A stretch of 53,673 nucleotides of DNA from Pelomyxa schiedti (lineage: Eukaryota > Protista > Evosea), in contig JAHLWZ010000753.1 in assembly GCA_020536535.1 (NCBI GenBank), positions 1-53,673 of the forward strand, read 5' to 3'. A program made the translations under genes and the position numbers. Of the stretch, positions 1-11,200 are shown piece after piece. Under the pieces are notes generated by a model, which was not told where the DNA came from, did not search any database, and saw only the letters and a program-made list of their open reading frames with translations. Numbering within the stretch: the stretch's first letter is position 1; each line of letters begins with the position of its first letter.

Positions 1-981
1 TTGACTGTCATGAACCGTGGTGGCTCATATATAAGCCTACCTCTGAGCATGTTTTCTTCTGATTGCTCCTTCACTTTGATATCTGCATGCAAGTGTGGGC
101 TGGAAATTGTCAAAGGGGAGTCATGTTTATAAAGACATACCAAGGAGCACCAATGTATGGAAGCCCTGCCTTCTGTTGATGGCAATCTTAGGGTAAAAAG
201 AAGTCGGTTTCCATTTCTCTACGTCGAAAATCAGCAGACAATTGAAATAACTTATGCTTATACCCGTAAAAAAGCATAAGGAGACAGAGGGTCCAAAGTT
301 ATACAACTGCAGTCCGCAACATCCAATGGCAGTCATTATAGAAGTATTATGAATCACCTTTGAGACTCATCAGGTACAACACTTAGAGGAAACCCCGCAC
401 CTCTACTGGAATATTTTCGGCTCTGGCTCGTATGAAGAAGTCGGCATGAGTTGTCGCACTGCAACATGTAAAAAAAAGTAGAGGAGTAATGTTCACAAAC
501 CAAAAAGGGTCACCAACAACGAGTAATGCAACTCTCATAGTTTTAGCAGGGCCAATAATTTCCTCTGGTCTCGATTCTATCATCTCTCGGTCAGCCACAA
601 CAATTGCTTTCCCATACAGTGCTTCCTATCCCCACCCCAACCAAAACCAACAACTTAGTGTTTTCCTTTCGATTAGCGTTTTGTGAGGGTTTTTGTGTTT
701 GGTGTTTTTCCGCTTTAATAAAAAACGTGTGCACGCGCACCAACAAACAAACAAAAAACAAGTAACAAACAACAAACCATGCTTTCTAGATTCGTGTGCG
801 GCAAAATGGAAGTATACGCCTCGAGGAACAGTTTTTGACAGGACCGCACGGCGTCGAGCCCCCGCAGCGTTATGTCCCTCTCATCCCCCAACCCCAGACC
901 AACAACGAACAGTTTCCCTCCCTCCGATCTACTGGCACTAGTAGGTGCGTCGGCAACTGTCGCTTTTTCGGAAGAAGACAT
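1..981 (-). CDS. DPH5: Diphthine methyl ester synthase (multi-exon; 3' end runs off the window)
   Basis: Exon translations [100 protein letters not shown] are diagnostic DPH5 motifs. First intron 777-626 is GT..AG. Start ATG at 981 is inferred. Confidence 0.93.
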
Positions 982-1413
982 GCCCGCCTCGAACCAAGAA
1001 AACCCCGTAAATAATTTCGGATCAGGTGTAGATGTGCCGACGTGGTTGGTATTGGTGGGAGTGACGATGTTTCTCACTCGGTTGCCCTCTCCCTCAAGTT
1101 CCCCAAGTCCCAACCATTTCCTCTTTCTTAATCTGATGAAGCTACACCAACAATTGTAACTCAATGGACCCAATCCAAACTCAACTTCAACCTAGACCTT
1201 CTTTTTCTCCTGTTGATAGTGGTGCAGAAGCGGCTATTGATGCTGATGGTGACAGTGGTGGTGATTGTTACAGCAATAACAATTGTGATGGTGTGGCAAT
1301 GGCAATGGTGATGACAGTGATGAACCACAACAACCACAACCCATTAGACAAATATTGAATGCAGCACCCCCACAAAGGTCACAAAGAAGAAATGCTGGGG
1401 CCACTTCTTGGTA

Positions 1414-1513
1414 GAGTTTATTGTTTATCCCTTTAGCTTGAGCCACTACAATGGTGTTGTTCCCACCTTATAAAGGCACTAGAATCAGTTCTAGGTGTCA
1501 CCTGAATCTCCCT
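1414..1513. repeat. ~100-bp dispersed repeat, inverted copy of 49801-49897
   Basis: gagtttattgtttat..atggtgttgttcccaccttataaaggcactagaatcagttctaggtgtcacctgaatctccct is the reverse complement, with a few substitutions/indels, of 49801-49897. Confidence 0.85.
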
Positions 1514-1521
1514 TCTACTAT

Positions 1522-3423
1522 ATGCCACGCACCATGGATAAGGAGGGAAGTGACGACAGCAGTTCTTCAGAAGACGAAGCCCAATCACCAATTGTACCAC
1601 GGTGCTGGTTGTGTCAACACATTGGTGATATGAAGACCTTGCGTACAGTGTGTAATTACTGTTTACATAAGTTCCTTACCTTTTGAAAGGGAAAAGTAAC
1701 TGTTTCGTGCCAATGTTCAGGCCATTTGGACAACCCATGTAGTGGTACATATTACTGTTGTTTTTTTCTTGATTTACTTACTGGATACCTAAGGTTGTTC
1801 CTATTGTGAGGTGAACCTGAAAGATGGCTGCTGCTGTGAAAAACAGATTAGGAAACCTGGAGAAACAAACTGTCAGAATTGTCAGAAGCAGCTTTGCACA
1901 AACTGTGAGTATGTAAGTTCTGCCTTGTATTTTACATCAATGTTATCCCAGGAAATGCTTATGTCAGTGTGTGGAAAAGTCTGATGGAAAGACACATGCC
2001 TGGTGGGATTGGAAGCAGAGGTGCACCTTAAATTACGAGTTCCAAGCAGAGAAGAAGTGTAAGGAAACTGAAGCAAAGCTGGGACAGAGCAAAAGAAAAT
2101 CGCCAAGAAGCAGCCATTACTCCAAAGTGCGGGATAAGAAGCCAGAGGTTGAAAAGGCACTTAGGGAGCATCTACAAGCAGTACAACACACAAGTATGTT
2201 ATCATAAATTCGATGTAAAGTAATAAACAATACAGGGCCATCAGCTTGTGTGAACTTGATAGTGACAGTGATAGTGAAGGTTCGTTTGTACCTTAAGGAA
2301 AAAGGGTCTAATTTTTGTTAGGTTTCCCTATGCGTCCCTCAGGATTGTCAGCTCGAAAGCGGCCACGCACAGCAGACTGTGGTGATGGGCCTTCTGATTG
2401 TGGCCTCAATTCGGCATCAAGCTGCACAAGCACATGTTCAACAATGAAAGTCTCTCCTATGGCAAGTGAACCAACCTGTACAACAAGTAGTACAACGCAG
2501 AGTTGGCCACAAGGACAAAAAGAAGCACTGATAGCCAAGATCCAAAGATTTTGAAGGTATGGACCTGTTATGGTTCATTTACTGACACTTGGAAGATTTC
2601 TTGTCGTTTTACCTTCACCCTGCCTGCAAAGGTGGTGTTGACACTGAGGAGATCCCAGTCTTCATGTTTGGAATACTCGAGGCATTACAGACATCAATCA
2701 GCTTCCCACGGATAGGTGTTAGTTTTCAATCCCTTGCCGCTGAGAGAATACACCAGTTCCAAGCTAGAACAGGTTCAGGCATTATTAATATATTCGAATA
2801 TAATTTAATATGCCACAAGGTGGTGACTCTGAGTCTTGGTTGGCACCAGCTATGATAAGTGCCCCCGCTTCTATTTGCACAACAACATCGCTGTCCACGC
2901 AACCTTCGTGGCCCTCCTCACCATCGCCGTCACGTTCCTTGATGCCGGCTTCGCGGACCTCGTCGCCATCACCATTACAGTCATTGCGGAGGGCCACCCG
3001 GTCCAAGTCTCGCTCCACATCGCAGGCCCCGCGGTCCTCATCACGCTCCTCAACACCCTTCTTGAAACCATCAGAACTTAACAGCCTGCCCGCCGATCCC
3101 TCAGAGCAGCCCCCAGCTCAAGCCCCACAAGGCAACCCAGTTCTTTCTGACTCCCAGCTCACTCCAGAAGAAATCCAGACAGTATTGGATGCAATTCAGT
3201 CCTTACTGAGGAGTAAGCAGCCCTGTCCACCACCACTCACCACTTCATCTTCACAGTTCCAGCCCCAGTGGTACAATATTGTCTTACTGTTGCTCTTCCT
3301 CCCTGGAATCTGCCCTACAGGAAAACAGTGGCCGAACTTGCAAAAAAAGGGATATCAGATCTGGACTACTTGCATTGGCTTCAGAAGGAAGGCTTCCCCC
3401 AAAACCAACAAAACAAACTTTAA
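1522..3423 (+). pseudogene. Transposon cargo gene (Cys-rich N-terminus, Ser/Pro-rich C-terminus), disrupted
   Basis: Paralogue of 50337-52216 with CxxC clusters. In-frame TGA at 1684-1686 and small indels relative to the other copy. Confidence 0.6.
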
Positions 3424-3463
3424 AAAAAAACGTTTTTTAAAAACGAACTTGTGTTTAAATCCC

Positions 3464-4589
3464 TCACTCCATGTCAACAAGTGGAGCACACCCACTGTAG
3501 GGGTGGTATGGAAACCCAGGCACAAGGTAATGGCAGTGCACAGCAAAACTAATAAGCTCCGCCTCTGCATAGATACACTCTTTCAGATTGTGGAGGTTCA
3601 CATCACTGCAGTACTTTCTCAGATTCTCCTTTATCTGAGAGAAGCAAGTTTCAATCCAGGCCATATCAGGTGAGGCAACAGGCCTAAGAAGAGTCAGCAA
3701 ATAATCAACAAAAAGGAGAATACCTTCGAACAAGCTTGTGTCCTTCCTGTTCTACCAGCTCTCTAATGGACACATCCAGATGTGCCCTATGGTTATCCAT
3801 TAGACATACCCGTTTTTTCCCGCGAATTTGCGGAAGCAACAACTTCTTAAGCCAGCAATAAAATACATTGCTGTCCATAGTCCCTGGGAAGACAAAAGGT
3901 GCAATTGCACCCACATTCACATCTGCGGCCATCAGTAAATTGAGGTGTTTGGAATATGGTGGCTGAAACATGTAAGCTACAATAGGGTAGTAGGAAGTCT
4001 AACTAATTCAACACGAACAGCTTGCCCTGGTAGTGCATATCCTGCTCTTCTCCCATCATCCCATTTCATCCATATCAATCATACATTCTACTGCCACATT
4101 ACAGATACTGTAGGACAGTTAAATGGAAATATTGAAAGAAAAATACAACCCTTGAGGTGTGTCATACAGAGAATTCATCCACCATGAAACTTGTTGGCCC
4201 TACTTATTGATAAGCATGTTGACACAAGAGAACACTAGAAACAAACTTCCTGGTGGTGTCCAATCCGTTTCTTTATATGTGTGCGATATCTAAGGCCTAG
4301 TAGTTTGGTGGCTTATAAGTAGCTTAGCTTATATCAACACAACTATAGAAAAAAATTAATACAAACTGCACTACAAGCTCTTAGTTACCTGATGTGTGTG
4401 CCTGGGTAGCTGTCCATTAGGAAATTTGCCAGTTCCTGTCGTCTTGAGGTTGGGTTCTCCAGTATGAAGTCTTTCAAGCTCACTCTCATCTCGGCGGTGA
4501 TCTTGGTAGGTCTTCCATGTCGGCACATGTCACAGTGGTCCAGGGACATGGCCCTGTGTCGGTACACCGTCGCAAGTGACACACCTTCC
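3464..4589 (-). pseudogene. DD34E transposase, 5'-truncated
   Basis: Motifs GRPTKIT, CLMDNHRAH and SPDMAWIETCFSQIK. Has deletions relative to the 52257-53502 copy. Confidence 0.85.
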
Positions 4590-4820
4590 CGGTGGCTCAA
4601 TAATTCAAAAAAGTGGAATTTCTGAGACAATCTTCAAGACTTGATTGAGTTTTTTTGCCCCGAAACTTGTGTGCAGGGTTTTAGAGCTGGGATGCCTCTG
4701 TTCGGACAAAAAACAGGCCCATTGTGGTGTCGAAGGACAGTACTATCGGTTGTACTGTCTCGAAGCGTACTCTAAATGCGTTTTGCCTCGTCGAGGAACC
4801 ACGCAAATTAAAAAAAAAAT

Positions 4821-4878
4821 TGGTTTGGCCAGAATCGAACCCCGTCTGTTGGGGTAAAAGCGGCGACTACAACAAACC
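4821..4878 (-). pseudogene. Degenerate tRNA-like fragment (tRNA-Glu-like 3' half) followed by oligo-T
   Basis: Minus strand GGTTTG..CGCCGCTTTTACC..GGGGTTCGATTCTGGCCAAACCA then a T-run. Contains a B-box GGTTCGATTC and GGTTTG/CAAACC end pairing, but it is only ~58 nt with no intact D-arm. Confidence 0.3.
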
Positions 4879-5261
4879 CCAGTAATTGTAACTGTATCTT
4901 TATCCAAGGTAGTCTCTTCACAAACACTGTGTTCAGCACTGCGTTTTTTGGGCAGCTGGTCTGGCAGCTTTGTTGCCATCTCCCGCAGAAAGCCAGAAAG
5001 CACTGCGAACAAGAAAACGATCTGCTAACATCTGCTGGCGCAGCTAGCATAAATGCCAGCTGCGCCAGAACGCGCTACAAGCGCGGGAACATGCTAAAAG
5101 CGTTTTTTGGGGTAAGTCTAATCGATCTTTGTTTTCTTTTTTTCTAACAGGCCCACGATTGTATGGCTGTTTGTGACTGAGACGTCAAAACATCAAAAAA
5201 ACTTTTCATTTTGTTTGGTGCCAAAAATTAGTAATGGGAGAAGGAGAAAAAAACAAGGATG

Positions 5262-8200
5262 TCAAAGCTTGGATGATGAAGCGTTTGCAGCAACACCAGC
5301 CACTGTGGGTGTCTTGAAGAACTGTTCAAGGGTCACATTAAGCCCAGCAAGCAACATCTCAGATGTTATCCTTGTCATGTGCATCGAATTGCCACCAGCT
5401 TCAAAGAAGTTGGTTTTCACACCACCATTGAACCCAAAGACCTTCTTCCAGAGGGCAAACACAACCTTCTCCTTCTCAGTGGATGGGGGTGTGTGGTCTT
5501 CAGCACCTGAACTGTGGACTGCTGCAGGTTTTGACAGGGCATTGCGTTGGACCTTTCCAGAGGCACTCAGGGGCAGGTTTTGCATCAGCACAATTGAAGT
5601 GGGAACCATGTAACGCGGAAGCCTGTCTGAAAGGAAAGCCACAAGGTCATCTGCCATGCCTTGAATCCGAATGACCGCACCCGTTCCAACTTTCTCGAAA
5701 CCCTCATCAAGTATTTCCTCAGTGGGCACAACATAAGCAGCAAGGAACTTGTCACCGGGAGTGTCCTCCCTGAGGGTGACAACAGCATCTTTCACGAATG
5801 GGTTCGAGTGCAGGCACTCTTCAATCTCACCGAGCTCTATTCTCAGGCCGCGGAGCTTGACCTGGAAGTCGGCCCTTCCAACGAATGCGAGCTCACCGTT
5901 CGGAAGGAACCTGCCAATGTCACCGGTGCGGTAAAGCTTCCCTTGGCACGGCAGTGCAGGGACAGACACGAAGTGTTTCGAGTTGAGTTCTTCCCTGTTC
6001 ATGTATCCCATCCCCACAGAGGTGCCTCCGATGAACATCTCCCCGACGACACCCACGGGAACGGGTTGCTGATTCCTGTCGAGCACGAACACCTTCACGT
6101 TGTCGATCGGTCTGCCAAGGGGAACGACGTGACTGGAAGAGTAGAGTGTGTTCCTTTGTGCAAGCGCACTGAGGCAGTCAAAAGAGGTTGTTCCGCACGA
6201 GGCTTCTGACGGACCATACACGTTGATGAGCTGAACTTTATCCCCAAAAGTGTCGGTGAATCTGGCAACATCCTCCCACAGAAGTGCATCCCCTCCTGAA
6301 TAAACAAGCTTCAACGAGGAGGTCATCTGTTTGACGTCGGGGTGCGTTCGAGCAACGCTGATGAATTCCTTCAGAACCGCGGGCACAAAGAAGATCCAAG
6401 TGATTCGTTCGGAGAACACGAGCTGCAACAGAGCTTCAGGATCCATGTCAGCACCAAGAGGGCACAGTATACCACAGGAACCAACAATGAGAGTGAAGAA
6501 AATGTCAGCCACAGAGGCATCAAAGTAAAAAGGTGACTTGACGAGGAAGCGCGATTCTGACGTGAGTCCAAACTTCGATGTGAGCCACAGACCGTGGTTG
6601 ACAGCACCAATGTGGTGGTTCACAGCCAACTTTGGCTTCCCAGTGGATCCAGAAGTGAGGATTGCATAAATCGGTTCCTGGCCAGTCTTGATCACGTGTG
6701 GTGGGTTGCTGGTCGGCATGTTCTCCCAGAGGTTGGAATCTTCCAGGACTGAGATGGCGCGAGGGGACCCACTTGGAAGGCACTTGGAGAGTGATCCCTT
6801 CGAAAGGAGGACGAAAGGAGGTTGGGAGTCGGCGAAGACGCTCGAGAGGCGGTCGCTGGGAGACATGGGATCGAGGGGGATGTAAGCAGAACCCGCCTTG
6901 AGAACAGCGTAAATCGCAACATACATCTCGATTGACCTCTCGGCAATGATGGGGACGAAGACACCAGGACCGACCTTGCCGGTTGCGATCAGGTGGTGCG
7001 CAAGTTTGTTGGCCCTGCTGTTCAGCTGCTCGTACGTCACCGTTGTCTCCAGGAACTTGAGTGCTGGTGCACTCGGCCTCTCTGCCGCATTCGCTTCGAA
7101 GAGGTGGTGCACTGCCACTCCGCTTCCGCTGTGATCCTTCTCCGTACAGTTCCACTCCTCCAGCTGCATCGTGGCCTCTGCTTGTGGAACGACAGTCAAC
7201 TCTGAGAGTTTGAGATCAGGTGAAGTTACAATGCACTGACAGAGAACTTCCATGCTTTTGGCCATACGAGCAATGGTGGAGGCATCGAAAATATCCTTGG
7301 CGAACTCCCAGTACATTTCAACATCGCCTCCGTTTGGCAACGCTCTTGCAAACAGTGTGAGGTCAAGCTTTGCAGTACCGTGTTCGCGCTCCAAAAGCTG
7401 TATTTCTTCCACTCGTTGCACGCCGTTCATCTTGAATCCCGAGTCGAACATCTGCCACTCGTCCATCACGAACATTGCTTGGACGAGCGGCTGCACCTCC
7501 AGGCTCCTCTCCACGTGAACGTGCTCGACAACCCACTCGAACGGCACATCCTGCGCAACCTGGGCTGCGAGCATCTTCCGCTTCACCTGCTCCAGGGTGG
7601 TTGTGAATGCCTGGCTCTCGTCCACGCGCAGCCTGATGGCAAGGGTGTTTACGAAAAACCCAATGATTCCCTCCACTCCGCCATAGTGCCTGTTCGCCGT
7701 AGGTGTGCCGACGACGATATCCCCATGCACCGGCGATGATGCCGAGCCATCATCGGCTTGTTGCGCGGCGCACTGCTGCCAGTTTGGGGAATACCGGTGC
7801 AAGAGAACCTGGAACACCGCAAGCAACGTGACGAAGGGCGTTGCATTGTGCCTGCGACCAAGGTCGACGAGTGCGGCGAACAGGGAGGATGGGAGGCGGG
7901 AGAAATGGGCACCGAGGGCGTAAGTCCTGGCCTGGGTCCTGGGGCGGTCCAGAGGGAGGTCACAAACTTGTTTGACATCTTTGAGCTCCTTCTTCCAGTA
8001 AGTGATCTGCTTCTCTGCTTCGGGGTCCTGCATGAACTTCTGTTGCCACAGCGTGAAATCCGCATACTGCAACGGTAGGGGCGGAAGAAGAGCTGTCGAA
8101 GTTGATGTGTGTGGGGGGACACTGTCGTTGTACAAGTGAGCAAGCTCTTTGATGAAAACAGACAAGGACCACCCATCTGAAACGATGTGGTGCATGGAAA

Positions 8201-11200
8201 TGAGGAGGCCGTGGGTGTTTGTCCCGAGGTGGCAGAGCACAAGTCTGACAAGCGGTCCTCTCTGAAGGTCGAAGGCTTTGCCAAGCTCTTGCACGACCAT
8301 TTTTGATAACAATCCGTCTTCTTCCTCTCTGTCTCCTGGGAGCTCAACTGTTGTCATCTCAAAAGCAGTTGCTGCTTCCTCCTCTGGTAAAATGCTTTGG
8401 TAGGCACTTGATGGGCCATCAATGAACCTTGTCCTCAAAGACTCGTGGCGCCTCACGAGGCACAAGAGTGCATGGCGCACCAGCTTCTCGTCCACAGTGC
8501 CCTGAAGCTTCATGCCCAGGCCCATGTTGTACTGCGTCAATCCAGGTTTGAGCTTGTCGAGGAAGAACAACCTGCTCTGAGCAAATGAAAGTGGAACTTC
8601 TGGCGGCCGGGGGGCCACTGCCGCCGTGATCAAAAACTTCTTGTCAGAATCAGCAATGTGCGCCCTTTCCTGCACAAGTGCCGCAATGCCTGCAATTGTT
8701 CGGCCTTCGAAGAAGTCCCTCAGCACAATTCCTGGCACCCCTCTCCTGCGTGCAACCGCCAATGCTCTCATGGATTGAATAGAGTTTCCGCCGGCATCAA
8801 AGAAATCGGTGTGTTTGCGCAAGCGAGACGCAAAATTGCTGCTGGGAGCACTTTCTTTCAGACACTCCTGAATCAGCTTCTCCAAAGCAGACATGTTCGA
8901 GTCCTCAGCTGCATCGGCACTGGCGTTGCTTTCACAAGAGCGGTAACCTGTTGCGTCGCTGGCAGCTGGTTTGGGCAATGCCTTTCTGTTCGTCTTCCCT
9001 GCTGAAGTCAAAGGGAACTGTGACAAAACGGTGAATGTGCTGGGTACCATGTACGAGGGCAATTTGGACTTCAGGAAACCAGAAAGTGTAACCGGGATAT
9101 TTGGCAAGCACGGTGCGTTGGTGGCAGTCCCTGCCATCGTCAAGGTCAGGTACGCAGCAAGGAACTTGTCACCGGGAGTGTCCTCCCTGAGGGTGACAAC
9201 AGCATCTTTCACGAATGGGTTCGAGTGCAGGCACTCTTCAATCTCACCGAGCTCTATTCTCAGGCCGCGGAGCTTGACCTGGAAGTCGGCCCTTCCAACG
9301 AATGCGAGCTCACCGTTCGGAAGGAACCTGCCAATGTCACCGGTGCGGTAAAGCTTCCCTTGGCACGGCAGTGCAGGGACAGACACGAAGTGTTTCGAGT
9401 TGAGTTCTTCCCTGTTCATGTATCCCATCCCCACAGAGGTGCCTCCGATGAACATCTCCCCGACGACACCCACGGGAACGGGTTGCTGATTCCTGTCGAG
9501 CACGAACACCTTCACGTTGTCGATCGGTCTGCCAAGGGGAACGACGTGACTGGAAGAGTAGAGTGTGTTCCTTTGTGCAAGCGCACTGAGGCAGTCAAAA
9601 GAGGTTGTTCCGCACGAGGCTTCTGACGGACCATACACGTTGATGAGCTGAACTTTATCCCCAAAAGTGTCGGTGAATCTGGCAACATCCTCCCACAGAA
9701 GTGCATCCCCTCCTGAATAAACAAGCTTCAACGAGGAGGTCATCTGTTTGACGTCGGGGTGCGTTCGAGCAACGCTGATGAATTCCTTCAGAACCGCGGG
9801 CACAAAGAAGATCCAAGTGATTCGTTCGGAGAACACGAGCTGCAACAGAGCTTCAGGATCCATGTCAGCACCAAGAGGGCACAGTATACCACAGGAACCA
9901 ACAATGAGAGTGAAGAAAATGTCAGCCACAGAGGCATCAAAGTAAAAAGGTGACTTGACGAGGAAGCGCGATTCTGACGTGAGTCCAAACTTCGATGTGA
10001 GCCACAGACCGTGGTTGACAGCACCAATGTGGTGGTTCACAGCCAACTTTGGCTTCCCAGTGGATCCAGAAGTGAGGATTGCATAAATCGGTTCCTGGCC
10101 AGTCTTGATCACGTGTGGTGGGTTGCTGGTCGGCATGTTCTCCCAGAGGTTGGAATCTTCCAGGACTGAGATGGCGCGAGGGGACCCACTTGGAAGGCAC
10201 TTGGAGAGTGATCCCTTCGAAAGGAGGACGAAAGGAGGTTGGGAGTCGGCGAAGACGCTCGAGAGGCGGTCGCTGGGAGACATGGGATCGAGGGGGATGT
10301 AAGCAGAACCCGCCTTGAGAACAGCGTAAATCGCAACATACATCTCGATTGACCTCTCGGCAATGATGGGGACGAAGACACCAGGACCGACCTTGCCGGT
10401 TGCGATCAGGTGGTGCGCAAGTTTGTTGGCCCTGCTGTTCAGCTGCTCGTACGTCACCGTTGTCTCCAGGAACTTGAGTGCTGGTGCACTCGGCCTCTCT
10501 GCCGCATTCGCTTCGAAGAGGTGGTGCACTGCCACTCCGCTTCCGCTGTGATCCTTCTCCGTACAGTTCCACTTCTCCAGTTGGTGTCTCTCAAGCACTG
10601 AAATGGGGAACATGTTTGAGATGCTTTGTGATGGGACCTTTGTAACTGCTTTCATCAGTGCCTCAATGTTGAGAGCCATTCTTTGGATGGTGGACTGGTC
10701 AAAGACGTCTCTGGCAAACTCAAACTCCATGTGAAGCTCCTTGTTGACAACGTAACAATGCAGTGTCAAGTCAAACTTGGTGACTGGAGCCTGCACACCA
10801 CTCAATTGATGTGCTGACTGGATTCCTTCCAAGGAGAAATTGTTTGGATTGTCGAAGTCCCAGTCATCCATGACGAACATTACTTGCACCAGTGGCTGTA
10901 TGTTGAGCTTGCGTACGACTCCAATTGCTTCAACAACCCAGTCGAAGGGAATGTCTTGTGCTCCTTGTGCTGCCAAAACCTTTTCTTTGACCTGTGTCAG
11001 CACAGACCCAAAGTCTTTGTACTCTGGGATCCTGAGCCTGATGGCAAGGGTGTTGACAAAGAATCCAATGAGAGAATCCACTCCGGGGTAGTGTCGGTTC
11101 GCTGTTGGAATCCCCGCAACGACGTCACATTCCGCATCTTCTTCTGATGGTGGTGATTGAAAACGTTGGGAATGGAGATGAAGCAGAAGCAGGAACACAG

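Larger units (their letters stand above)
1522..4589. mobile_element. Truncated copy of the Tc1/IS630-like transposon (no TIRs)
   Basis: Direct repeat of ~50337-53404. Similarity begins at the cargo ATG and ends inside the transposase 5' region. Neither TIR is present. Confidence 0.9.

Noticed and set aside
1164-1410. Gene start divergent from DPH5
   Set aside because: Short, low complexity and interrupted by the repeat at 1414; no identifiable product.
4678-4688. GTTTTAGAGCT, resembling the start of a type II CRISPR repeat
   Set aside because: No repeat-spacer array, no cas genes, eukaryotic context.
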